Assembly (NCBI GenBank): GCA_951406725.2
Contig: OX597814.1
Location: forward strand, 33,232,001 to 33,296,000
Origin: Octopus vulgaris
Lineage: Eukaryota
Direction of reading: 5' to 3'
Length of the DNA: 64,000 nt
The position numbers and the translations under genes were made by a program. Under the pieces are notes generated by a model, which was not told where the DNA came from, did not search any database, and saw nothing but the letters and a program-made list of their open reading frames with translations. Shown here one piece after another: positions 11,810-24,379 of the stretch (its first letter is position 1; every line of letters begins with the position of its first letter).

Positions 11810-14020
11810 CCTGAATGTCTTTCCTTACCGGACATCGACATGATACTTCAATAATTCATGTCTGTAATGAAAGCCATATTCAACAAATGTGTCCCAGAGA
11901 GAAACGCCACTGTACACAAGAACAAAATCTCCAGTGAGAGGAAAAATCTTATGAGACGGCGTACAAAAACTTCAAATCGCCTAAACAAACAACTTAAAAG
12001 CAGTGAAAAGCCCCGCCTGAAAATACAACTTCTGGAGTTTAAAAAAAATCTGCAAATCCCATGAAAAAGTAAGAGCAGACGAAGAAGCCTGGGTTATAGA
12101 CAATAAAAAATCTAACCCCAGAGGTGCCTTCAGTGCACTCCAGGATAGGGCCACTCCTCGAAGAAGAGGGTTCAGTCACAGGAAACCCAATGAGGATAAG
12201 TGAAATACTAAATGAGCATTTTCAGTCTACCCCTAGGACACTTGCAAGTCAGCAATCCAACTGACATTTTTACCGCTGCAGATATAAAAGCAGAGGCAGT
12301 GATGATTGATTACCTCAATATAAACGAAGACGATGTAATAAGGGCTATATATGAAATGAACTAAAGTTCAGCTACTGGCCCTGACGGATTCCCAGCAATC
12401 CTTCTGAAAGCATGTAAGCGAGTCCTAGCAATACCACTGCAGTCCCTCTTTCAGAGCTTCCTTGTAACTGGCAAACTTCCAAGGAAACTGATGGAGGGTA
12501 AAATATTCCCTATTCTTGAAGGTAGTAGCAGAGCAGAGGGTTAAAACTACAGACCTACGTCTGACCTCGCACATCAGCCATGTCGTGGAATGAATAGTTA
12601 GAAGAAAACTAATCACCTTCCTTGAAGAAAATGACTTGCTGACTGACAACCAACATGTTTTCCTTTCCGACCAGGAATAAGCTGCCTGACTCAGCTCTTA
12701 CAACACTATGACTGGGTGCTGAAACAGCTGCTCAACCACTCAAATGTGGAAGTGATATATCTTGACTTTGCGAAGGCATTTGATAAAGTCGATATTGGAA
12801 TGATATGTCACATATTGCGTGATCTCGGCATAGTCGGAAAATTGGGAGAATGGCTTCATGACTTTCTGAAAGATAGAAATCAGTTGGTAGTAAAAAATGG
12901 GGCCACCTACAATGACACGCAAATAGTGAGCGGTGTTCCGCGAGGCACTTTTTGGGACCACTACTGTTCATAATGAGCCCTCTCAGATATGAACTCAACC
13001 ACACAGAGAGCCACGATCACAAGTTATGCAGATGATACAAAACTCTCACAGGTAAAACAGAACTATGAAGACATTATACACCTGCAATATGAGCTGGATG
13101 AAATATACAAGTTGGGTGAAATGAATAGCATGCAGATTAATGCTGAAAAGTTTCAAGCCTTGTGCTATCAGCATTCAAAACTAAAAGTAATACCAATTAA
13201 ATACACTGGACCTGGAGGGATTGCAATACCAGAGGCACAGTCTGTGCGAGACCTGGGCATTTACATGAGTAATGATGCATCCTTCCATGTGCATGTTGCT
13301 AAATGGGCAATAAAATCTAGGCGGCTGACCGAATGTATTCTTAGAACTTTTAGAACAAGAGATCAGGAAACCATGATGGTCCTCTGAAGGACACTTGTCC
13401 TAAGCCACTTTGACTATTGCTCTCAACTGTGATCACCAACCAGTGTCAAATTAATTGCAGAACTTGAGGTAATTCAACGAAGCTACACGAAGAAGATAGC
13501 CTCTAAGCAGCATATAAGCTACTGGGAAAGACCCAAGAGATTAAGACACTATTCCTTAGAGTGTAGGCGGGAAACATATGCCATAATATACATCTTGAAG
13601 ATCCTGGAAGGACTTGTCCCAAACTTTGGCATGGAGAGTTACACAAATACTAGAACTGGACGCCACTTCATTGTGTCAAGAACTCAAAATTTGCCATGAA
13701 GATATAGGACAAGATACTGCAAGAGCGTGGGTTTCAGAGGGCCACAGCTCTTCAATATCCTCCACCCCGAAGGACCTGAGAGAGCTGCATGGGGTGGATG
13801 TAGGTGTCTTCAGAATGAAACTGTCAAATGTCCCAGATGAGCCAATTTCACGGCAGGAGCTGCAGATGAGGGTAACAGCATCAAGCTCCCTCATACACCA
13901 AATATCAATTCCTAAAAAGCATTAGTGAAGTAAAATTATGTAGCAATACCAAATGGCGGTGCTCCAGCATGGCCAAAGCTCAGGAGCTGAAACTAGATCA
14001 AATCAAATCGAATCGAATCA
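11808..14020 (+). mobile_element. Decayed 5'-truncated non-LTR retrotransposon (CR1/L2-group RT)
   Basis: RT motifs ATGPDG, IYLDFAKAFDKV, SGVPRGT, YADDTKL, VRDLG across frameshifted ORFs 12716-13387; 3' end GGCGGTGCTCCAGCATGGCC...AAACTAG then (ATCAA/ATCGA)n tail. Confidence 0.85.
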
Positions 14021-14033
14021 TATAAATAAATAT

Positions 14034-14100
<67 letters not shown>

Positions 14101-14224
14101 TACGACGGGCTTCCACAAAGTTTCTGTCTATCAAATTCACTCAAAAAACATCAGTAGGCCTGGTTCTATACTAATAACCCAGACGAACAGAAAAACACAG
14201 AAGGTCACCAATTCCTCTTGAGTA

Positions 14225-14451
14225 ATCGGCCAGAGGGTTGAGTGCAATTTCGGACATTATCAATAATATTGCTTCCACTCTTGAGGCACCAGCAAGAAAC
14301 TTGCAGCGAATGGGACCAACAAATAACAAAACGAGACGGGCTTGAGACGAGACTGTTAGTAGACAGACGGACGATGGAGAAATGTTCTTGAAATATTTTT
14401 CTGCTCTTCAGTCTCTTTCCTTTATTTTGCTTATCTTATTACCTTTCTCTC

Positions 14452-14513
<62 letters not shown>

Positions 14514-14835
14514 CTGTCTTTCTCTGTTTCACTCTATCACGTGATCTCTGACGACCTAGGACGGTGTCATCCTCTTTCGCATTGCCTTCCACCGAAATGG
14601 TCACGTCTCTCTGAGCTCCTCTTCTTCTGAGCTTTTCTTAATTTTCTTTCTTTCCCTCCCTTCCTCTCTCTCTCTCTCTCTCTCCCTCTCTCTCTCTCTT
14701 TCCCGCTGTCTGTATTTCTCTGTTACTCTCTTCCCACTATCACGTGATCTCTGAGGGCCTAAGGTGGTGACATTCTTTTTCGCGTTGCCTTCGACCGGAC
14801 TAGTCGAGATTGTCTTAACCCGTTTGCCTTCCGAC
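14225..14835 (+). repeat. Non-coding repeat related to the 2700-3350 PLE-like sequence, with internal duplication and (CT)n
   Basis: AGTAGACAGACGGACGA resembles the minus-strand AGTAGATAGACAGCCGA motif; CTATCACGTGATCTCTGA...TTCGCRTTGCCTTC occurs twice (~14534 and ~14737). Confidence 0.45.
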
Positions 14836-15055
14836 GGTTGATTTCTGTAATTACTATCAGTGATATTGACGATTTAAATAGATTTGACAATTATTTCCAG
14901 CAAGTTGGCATACTTAGTATGTCCTTTCATTAATTTTAACTCTTCAGCCATTTAATGTCTTTTAGGGCCGGCAACCGTCTATATTATTGATTCAAATTAC
15001 TTTCCTTTTGAATTATTATTTTTTCATGAACTATTTACTCCGTGTATATATATAG

Positions 15056-15109
<54 letters not shown>

Positions 15110-15389
15110 ACAATTGAGGGTAAAATTAATTAATTAATCAATTTCACCAAGTATTCAGTATGTAAAAGGACCATTTAAGGCGAATTCAAAATATTACATT
15201 ATATAATTAGGGCTTAGTAAAATAAATTACTTTGCCACATACTGAACTTAGTAGAAATAGCAGCCAAAAAAAAAATGTTCTTAGCATTTCTACTACTTAA
15301 AAGAAAATTTCTCTCAGATAATGTTTACTCCAGACAGCCCACGAAGGTTTGGAGGTAAATACAGAAAAATATCACAAGTACATAGATCG

Positions 15390-15452
15390 TTTGAGTACGT
15401 CAACGTTTCAAGATTAGCCAAATAAAATCAGCATTTCTTTCGTCAGCTCAAA
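15390..15452 (-). ncRNA. Type I hammerhead ribozyme (inverted copy)
   Basis: Exact reverse complement of 15860-15922. Confidence 0.85.
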
Positions 15453-15859
15453 ATTTCTTAATTTGGATTTGGAAACACTAAAAGAAGGAACTTTACCTAT
15501 CAGCGAACTTGTCGCTTCAGATGAACCACTCCAACTAACAGTATCAACAAATTCAAAATGCGCAGGCGTAAATCTCTGCAATCCCCTTCCACCACGTGGT
15601 CTATCTAGCAAACATTATATTTTAACCGCGAGATTGTTGATATTATAATTCATTTCTCTCGGTCATACTGCCTCGGTTCTCGCGGTTAAAATATAATGTT
15701 TGCTAGATAGACCACGTGGTGGAAGGGGATTGCAGAGATTTACGCCTGCGCATTTTGAATTTGTTGATACTGTTAGTTGGAGTGGTTCATCTGAAGCGAC
15801 AAGTTCGCTGATAGGTAAAGTTCCTTCTTTTTAGTGTTTCCAAATCCAAATTAAGAAAT

Positions 15860-15922
15860 TTTGAGCTGACGAAAGAAATGCTGATTTTATTTGGCTAATC
15901 TTGAAACGTTGACGTACTCAAA
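15860..15922 (+). ncRNA. Type I hammerhead ribozyme; predicted cleavage after GUA at 15916
   Basis: TTTGAG-CTGACGA-AAGA...TCTT-GAAACGTTGACGTA^CTCAAA: stem I TTTGAG/CTCAAA, complete core CUGACGA and GAAA, stem II AAGA/TCTT extended by GCTGA/TTGGC, stem III ACG/CGT. Confidence 0.88.
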
Positions 15923-16427
15923 CGATCTATGTACTTGTGATATTTTTCCCTATTTACCTCCAAACCTTCGTGGGCTGTCTGGAGTAAACATTATCTGAGA
16001 GAAATTTTCTTTTAAGTAGTAGAAATGCTAAGAAAATTTTTTTTTTTTTGGCTGCTATTTCTACTAAGTTCAGTATGTGGCAAAGTAATTTATTTTACTA
16101 AGCCCTAATTATATAATGTAATATTTTGAATTCGCCTTAAATGGTCCTTTTACATACTGAACACTTGGTGAAATTGATTAATTAATTAATTTTACCCTCA
16201 ATTGTTGATATTATAATTCATTTCTCTCGGTCATACTGCCTCGGTTCTCGCGGTTAAAATATAATGTTTGCTAGATAGACCACGTGGTGGAAGGGGATTG
16301 CAGAGATTTACGCCTGCGCATTTTGAATTTGTTGATACTGTTAGTTGGAGTGGTTCATCTGAAGCGACAAGTTCGCTGATAGGTAAAGTTCCTTCTTTTT
16401 AGTGTTTCCAAATCCAAATTAAGAAAT

Positions 16428-16490
16428 TTTGAGCTGACGAAAGAAATGCTGATTTTATTTGGCTAATCTTGAAACGTTGACGTACTCAAA
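16428..16490 (+). ncRNA. Type I hammerhead ribozyme; predicted cleavage after 16484
   Basis: Identical to 15860-15922, 568 nt downstream. Confidence 0.88.
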
Positions 16491-16781
16491 CGATCTATGT
16501 ACTTGTGATATTTTTCCCTATTTACCTCCAAACCTTCGTGGGCTGTCTGGAGTAAACATTATCTGAGAGAAATTTTCTTTTAAGTAGTAGAAATGCTAAG
16601 AAAATTTTTTTTTTGGCTGCTATTTCTACTAAGTTCAGTATGTGGCAAAGTAATTTATTTTACTAAGCCCTAATTATATAATGTAATATTTTGTATATAT
16701 ATATATATATATATATACACATGCACCAACGCGCACATACAGACAGGTATATCTATATATGTATATCTATCAATCTATCTA

Positions 16782-16839
<58 letters not shown>

Positions 16840-17125
16840 TGTGTGTGTGTATGTATGTATATACGTATATATATTGAGAGAGAAAGAGAGATATGCATAT
16901 ACATATCAAGTTCCCGGTATTTTGTTGATATGATTATAGTTAAGACGTCATATCTGGCTAGACATGAATCGTAAAATATTTCCATTATCATACTATTTCT
17001 CTCACTGTTTTCTCCAAACAGTAGCGTGCGTGCATGCGTACATATATGTGTGTGTATGTATCTATGTATCTATGTGTATGCAGATGTATATATAGACAGA
17101 TATATATATATATACATTTAGATTC

Positions 17126-17156
<31 letters not shown>

Positions 17157-17174
17157 AGTGTGTGTGTGTGTGTA

Positions 17175-17226
<52 letters not shown>

Positions 17227-17339
17227 TGATAGGCTTTTTTCAGTTTGGTCTACCAAATCCACTCACTGAACCCGGAACCATGTAGTTGGAAAGCAGGATT
17301 CTTAGCACACAGCCACGCATGGGACCTCAATACTAAAAC

Positions 17340-17660
17340 AATTCTAGTTGCCTAGGAATGATAGCAAAAAGGGGATGGTTCCTACCTAGGTCAGACACCA
17401 TGAAGCCCCAAAATGGCCCAAATTCAAAACATAGTGCTCATGGGAACTGCCCATATCCTACTTAAAATACTGTCTATATAATCCCAAATTTTGAAACAAG
17501 CAATTTTCTTAAATATTCTCTTGAAGAATACTTTTTGGTAATACCAAATATATGGCACCCTAAGCATAACACCAACTTCAACTTCAAAACTTGATTCTCT
17601 TGTGGTCTCTGGGTAAGACTTGTACAAATACAAAGCAAAAGTCAAACATATAATAATAAT
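17340..17660 (+). mobile_element. 3' end of an R4/Dong-like RLE LINE with (TAA)n tail
   Basis: Translates IQNIVLMGTAHILLKILS*, like the C-terminus at 47998-48060; ends in ATAATAATAATAA. Confidence 0.55.
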
Positions 17661-17689
17661 AAATGCCCAAATGCAATACCAGGCAGTGA

Positions 17690-18200
17690 CTCGCATGTCT
17701 TCTGATATTAAGTGACTGGAAGTGTTTTGTACTATATCATGTATATTGTTTTGTCTTGGTATCAAAGATAGGCTACAGTAAATATTTTGCTCAATACCAC
17801 AAGTTTTCTTGTCAGTTGTTTGACGTTAACCAGTTGAGAATGTCCCTTGGTGGCTGACGATATGTTCATCTCTGATCACGAGCAGAAGAAGTGGGGATTA
17901 TCATAGCCATGTGTAGAAAGGAATACTTTGGGTTTTAGATAATTCCCCTCTGGAAACAGGTGTGTTACGTTCACCATCCTTAAACAAACCTTTTGAGAGG
18001 GATGGGCTACTCAAACTGAAGAAAATTCTAACAGGACCCCACCTGCAAGATAATGCACTCTTTATCTTGATATAAGAACATCATGTCGCGCACATATGGT
18101 TGCGATGCACGTGCCTGGTGTACCCTTATCTGACAGGTAGTCATGATATGGGGCTTCGTATATTTGCAACCCATCGTCACTTTGATGGTATGCGCTGATC
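17690..18200. repeat. Interspersed repeat homologous to 4040-4240, followed by a long (TAA)n tract (18209-18432)
   Basis: Inverted homology to 4040-4240; microsatellite read directly. Confidence 0.65.
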
Positions 18201-18217
18201 TTCAATTCAATAATAAT

Positions 18218-18260
<43 letters not shown>

Positions 18261-18319
18261 TAAAAATAAAAATAAAAATAATAATAATAATAATAATAAA
18301 AATTAAAATAATAATAATG

Positions 18320-18350
<31 letters not shown>

Positions 18351-18367
18351 TTAAAATAATAATAATG

Positions 18368-18433
<66 letters not shown>

Positions 18434-18514
18434 TTTACATTTTCGAATACTCAAGGAGAAAGGAAAGGATAGCTATTCACAGAAGTTGATCGTGAATATC
18501 AGTATACATATATA

Positions 18515-18607
18515 TAGTCCCACAACGTGGCACCTTGAGCCAGTGTCTTCTAATATAGCCTCGGGCTGACCAGAGCGTCGTGAGTGGATTTGGTAGACGT
18601 CCGTCGT

Positions 18608-18669
<62 letters not shown>

Positions 18670-18880
18670 GTCTTGGTGTCTGTGTTTGTCCCACCCATTA
18701 CCACTAGACAACCTGTGTTGATGTGTTTACACCTCTATAAGTTAGCCGTTCTGCAAAAGAGAACGACAGAATAAGTACCAAGTTAAATACATAAGTCTCG
18801 GGGTTGATCTGTTCGGCTAAAACCCTTCATGGCGGTGTTCCAGCATAGCTGCAGTCAAATGACTGAAACAAGTGAACGAA
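18515..18880 (+). mobile_element. SINE family B
   Basis: GTGGCACCTTGAGCCAGTGTCTTCTAATATAGCCTCGGG...GGCGGTGTTCCAGCATAGCTGCAGTCAAATGACTGAAAC. Confidence 0.8.
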
Positions 18881-19170
18881 TATAGCAGAGTCAAGCGAAT
18901 ACTCAATACATGAAATATAATGTATAGCAAAACCTGGACCAAATGCTTGTAAAAGAATGATCGCCTCTAAAGATACCCAGTGATCGGGCAGTGATGTTAA
19001 TCCTAGCGACAAATAAATAGATTTCCAAGACCCAGTATAACCATTCCAAAAGTTCCCATTCACCTAATTTCAATCGAAATATTTATATCAGACAAAACAT
19101 TTGGACATTGTTCCTTGCTGCAGATTTATTGGACCAACATCCACGTGATTATGAAGCGAGTGTCTTCGCT

Positions 19171-19759
19171 ATATGGTTCTCAACCATTTATTAACTATGA
19201 CCCCCTTTGATTACTATTTTATTCTGGTGGACCCCATAGCCATTCGATGTCTAAAAACCAGTTTTATAGAAACTTCTTTCAAAATTACTATTTTAGTTTT
19301 CCCACTTGTGGAGGTTGAACTTTGTAAAACGTTAAAGAAAGCAACCTACTTGTTTCTTGTTCCTTCTCGAGCCATGCCTGGCTCATAAGGGCCGGTTTCC
19401 CGGTTTCCTTGGCGTATAGGTTCCCTACCTGGACGGGACGCCAGTCCGTCGCAGGTGAGCTGCAAGATGCAGGAGGAAAGAGTGAGAGAAAGTTTTGGCG
19501 GAAGAGTCAGTAGAAGTTCGCCATTACCTTCTGCCGGAGCCGCGTGGAGCTTAGGTGTTTCGCTCATAAACACACACATCGCTCGGTCTGAGATTCGAAC
19601 CCGCGATCCCTACACTACCAGTCCTCTGCTCTAACCGCTATACATACATCTAAAGCAAAATTTTTTAGGGGTCTTAAAATACAATTTTGGATCCCCAGTT
19701 TACTATTTTTTTTCGTGGACCCCGCAAAATCTTACACGGACACCGGTTGAAAACCTCTG
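19171..19759. mobile_element. hAT/Charlie-like MITE interrupted by a SINE
   Basis: Terminal inverted repeats TGGTTCTCAACC and GGTTGAAAACCTCTG (CAGTGGTTCTCAACC type); subterminal GGACCCC repeats. Confidence 0.55.
19346..19640 (-). mobile_element. tRNA-derived SINE, family D
   Basis: Minus-strand head TAGCGGTTAGAGC...GCGGGTTCGAATCTC (A and B boxes); partial + strand homolog at ~34520-34680. Confidence 0.75.
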
Positions 19760-21021
19760 GTTTATATGTTCTCCCACAGATTGATGTATTAGACCGTAGC
19801 AACACCCTCATTAACATATTTGTAGTTTGTAGTTATTGTGATATGAATTTAATGTTGCAAATCTTGTGTATATTATAATATACACGAAGAAATATGATGG
19901 CTTTAGCATCCATTGTCAAAACAATAGAAACTTTGCTGAGTAAATCTTCCAAAATTTGGAAATCTTCCTGCATTATTCAGTTTTTTCCAATAACAACGAA
20001 ATTGAATCGTCGATTGAAAACAAATATATTTACAAGCCAATATCAGCTCCTTTATAACGAACTCCCTTATGAGACCGGATGATAACGGGCTGGAACATGT
20101 GGCCCCTAATAAGAGTTAAATCAATATATTTATTTTAATGTGAGCTCCATAGTAAATCTACCATACTTTGACATACGGAATTATGTAACTGGTTTGTGCC
20201 TGCGTGCGTATATGTGATGCTTGAGTATAATTCCGAAGATTATATGTGTGAATTGATGTATATGTGTGTGAGTGCCTGTGAGCGTGCGTGTGTGTGTGCG
20301 CACGCCTATGCGTACGTGCGTGAATATAGATATTTCTCAGAAACAGCTATACAATTTAAACGAAACGGGGATTTTTTATGATTCAAAATGTCTCTCTCTA
20401 TTTTGACTCAGACTACGGCGATAAACAATAGCATTTATCATAATTTTCTCTCACGTCATTTTTTTCTGTTCATCTATATCACTCTTTCTCAAATATATAT
20501 ATTTATATGTATGTATACAATTTGTGTATATATATATATTTATATGTTTTAGATACACATAGATCTATAAATATGAATATATATATATATATATAAGTGT
20601 GTGTATGTGTGTGTGTGCATAGATAGATAGATTTTAAAGCATATATGTGTTTTTATTCTATGTATGTAAGCATGTATGTACGTAATAAGAGTGCGAGAGA
20701 CAGAGAAAGAAAGTGTGTATGTATGTGTTTTCGTCATACACAGAGTTGACGGAAATGTTCGCAGCCTTCTGATTAGTTTCAAGGAACTTTCCAGTGCATC
20801 GCATGATATGTATACGATTCTTTCTTTTTTTTTCCAGGACATATTATCTTAATTGGATTCTATATTTGAGCAGTTGTTATGTTTACCCAAAGGGAGGGAA
20901 AACTTTTCTTTAAATATATTTATCTTGTTTTACGTATTTCACTTTTATCATTAAATTGCCTGTGTAAAATTTTCCCCTCTCTTTTTCTTAGTTATTTTCC
21001 GTGAGATATCCTACTTAACGC

Positions 21022-21063
<42 letters not shown>

Positions 21064-21092
21064 CATCATCATCATCATCATCATCATCGTCG

Positions 21093-21134
<42 letters not shown>

Positions 21135-21280
21135 GTAGTAAAAGTGTAGTAGTTGTAGTAGTAGTAGTAGTAGTATTGTTATTGTTTTTGTTGCTATCTC
21201 TTCATCTTTTTGCTCTAACATGATCTTCATTTCTTTATATATTTTCCCCATTGTCCTTCAATATCTTTGATTTACATACG

Positions 21281-21347
<67 letters not shown>

Positions 21348-21445
21348 CTACGCGCACACACACACACACATATATATATATACGAATATGTATGTATATT
21401 ATACGATTGTATGCACATATGTCTATCTCTTCATATATATGTATT

Positions 21446-21493
<48 letters not shown>

Positions 21494-21636
21494 TGTATGT
21501 ATACATATGTGTGTGTGTATGTATATATGTATATATATATGTATGCATATATATGTATATATACATATATGGCTCGGTTTAAATATTTTTTGTTGTACAA
21601 TTATTATTATCGTTGTTGTTGTTGTTGTTGTTGTTG

Positions 21637-21691
<55 letters not shown>

Positions 21692-22231
21692 CCTCATCAT
21701 CATCATTGCTGTCTTTCTATCTCTCTTTTTTTCCTTTCTTTTAAATGAAATAAACAAAGAATTTTTAGTTTCCTTATCTTGATCGTCATGTTTTCACTGA
21801 GGTTCCTGTACATCGAAATTTTTCTCCAGCGGGGTATTTCAGTTACAGAAACGTTTTGAGCAAATCATGTACTACCCTAGCTTCGGGTCTATTGTTAATT
21901 TTGTAACACTCCTTTTTCATGGAATCAACAATACATATATAAAAGTGTGTGAGCATTTATGTGTATGTGTATGTGTGTATATGTATGTGTGTGCCTGTGT
22001 CTATATCTGTGGAGTAATTTATGAAACTTTTAGCGAATTTCCTTTGTTTCTGTAGTTTTATTCAATAAAAATGTTTCGTAAAACACAAAAACAAAACAAG
22101 AAGAACATTGCCCCTTGTTTAGCTGTCAGCTATAAATTTTCATTGAAGTTGCGGAGGCCAGTTTTAGCAATAAATCTTTCAAAGAAAATTACAAGAGTTT
22201 CGGGAAGAATATGCTTTTAACATTCAATAGA

Positions 22232-22275
<44 letters not shown>

Positions 22276-22633
22276 AATGAACGCATACATGTGTGTGTTT
22301 GTGTGTGCGTGTGTGTGTGTGTGTTTATATGTGTGCATTTATGTATGTAGGCAAACATGCATACGTTTGTATGTATATGTGTATCTCTGCAAATGTTAAT
22401 GCGATTACTTACAATTTTTATTTCCATGTAATTATGTGTGCGTTTGTGTGTCTTTGAGTGTGTGTGTGTGTGTGTGCGTGTGTGTGTTCGTGTGTGTACG
22501 AATATGTTTCTATACCTATGTATGTACTTCTTTATATACTTTTACAAATATACATGCTTTTGGGAATTTATATATAACTCAACACATACAATGGTATCTT
22601 TTTGTGAATATTAGCATATATATATATACATAC

Positions 22634-22689
<56 letters not shown>

Positions 22690-22951
22690 TCACGCACACA
22701 CACGCACACGCACACACAATTGTCTCAGTTCATATGTCTTAACTGTTCCAGCAATGTGATCTGGTGGGTGTACGTTAGTGCGAGTTTGAGTATGTAGTTG
22801 CAATTCTTTGTGCTTATATCTGTGTCTATATATGTATAGGCGCTACATTGTTTATCTTCCTTCTATGATGTATCCGTCTCATAAAATACACACGTAAAAA
22901 TATTCGCAAATGTAGGTTTGATATATTCTTTAATGAACATTATTATCATCA

Positions 22952-23028
<77 letters not shown>

Positions 23029-23215
23029 TCTATTATATCCATTGTGTATTGGTTAGTTTTTAACGATATTTTTTACTTTAACTCTGCTGGATTTTTCTTT
23101 TTTCTTTGTTATCTAAAATTCCATCTAAATGTTGATCCGAAATGTTAAGCATTTTAAGGCCTATTATATACATGCATCTGAGTGTGTGTGTTTGTTGGTG
23201 TGTGTGGGAGCTTGC

Positions 23216-23256
<41 letters not shown>

Positions 23257-23265
23257 TACACTTAC

Positions 23266-23297
<32 letters not shown>

Positions 23298-23311
23298 TCA
23301 TTTGTTTATAC

Positions 23312-23355
<44 letters not shown>

Positions 23356-23643
23356 GTGTGTGCGTTTTTATCATCTACTAACTTGAAATTTATATAGTAT
23401 TTATATTTATATTTTAATGGGGTCCTATATTCTCTTGAAGCCCCTCTTCATAGAGATTGGATAATTTGCTACGCATAAACGCATGCGTGTATTTTCTTAG
23501 TTCAAGCACTGATATACACGAACACAAACACTCACACATATGTATAAACATATATATATATAGGTGTGTGTGTGCCTACTAAACATGTATATATTTATAT
23601 ATATATATATGTGTAGAGAGAGAGCGAGAGATTTACACATTCA

Positions 23644-23745
23644 CAGACGGACGGACGGACGGACGGACGAACGGACGGACGGACGAACGGACGAACGGAC
23701 GGACGGACGGACGGACGAACGGACGAACGGACGGATGGATGGACT
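23644..23745. repeat. (GACG)n tetranucleotide microsatellite
   Basis: Direct reading. Confidence 0.9.
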
Positions 23746-24379
23746 GACAAACAGACGTTCACAGAAAGATACACCTGCCTATGTAAACAATAATACACTT
23801 ATCTATAATTGTATATTTATGTATATATCGATGTAATTCTTACAGTTTCATGCATCCATAAATAAGCATGTAATCAAGTATATAGTTGTTATTTCAGTAT
23901 ACATAGAATCTCAGTATCATCTTACGAAATATTTTATAAATCTATCAACTAGCTAGCTTCCTGTAAGGAGCCGATGAATCGATCGTCCAGTCGCATTGAG
24001 CCGAATCTACCTGTTTTAAATATTGTATATACAGTAATATTCCGAGTAACTTTCAAGAAGCTGACTCAAGAAGCTGATCGGTTGTGGTGAGTCATCTTCA
24101 GTAAGCTTAGGTTCGATAGTTTCCTTGCATCTGTTTTCCAGGCACTTATGACTTTACTCGGGAGACTCAACAAGGTGATTCCTTTATAATTAGACCACTC
24201 GTTCGTTGCACTTTTATAAAATTGGTATTACCAACTCGGATTGTCATTGCTTTGAGATCTCTCCAGAGGTCCATGACACATAAACTTAATGCTAATGGAA
24301 AGGCTTCATAGTCTCCTCCGCTATAAACACATCCTTCCAGTACAGGGCGAGCCATTAGTATAACCGATATGGGGATAGT

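Larger units (their letters stand above)
15103..16693. mobile_element. Retrozyme-like non-autonomous element: 568-bp unit in two tandem copies (15633-16200, 16201-16693) plus an inverted copy (15103-15633), in (TA)n
   Basis: ATTGTTGATATTATAATTC starts at both 15633 and 16201 (period 568); 15103-15633 is the reverse complement of 15678-16211; only a few mismatches; each copy contains a hammerhead. Confidence 0.85.

Noticed and set aside
14538-14606. CTGACGA...CGAAATGGTC as a hammerhead
   Set aside because: Stem I is out of register with the core, stem II does not close, and the duplicate at ~14740 lacks the core
15414-15648. Short ORFs (61-65 aa) in the 568-bp unit
   Set aside because: No recognisable motif, and a 1-nt indel between copies (T-run near 15830) changes the frame
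15633-16693. CRISPR array or satellite DNA
   Set aside because: No short repeat-spacer structure, eukaryotic context, fewer than three units and an inversion; better explained as a ribozyme retroelement
24041-24108. Minus-strand CTGAAGA-TGACTCA...TGAGTCA...GAAAGTTA
   Set aside because: A stem II-like hairpin exists but there is no stem I or stem III pairing
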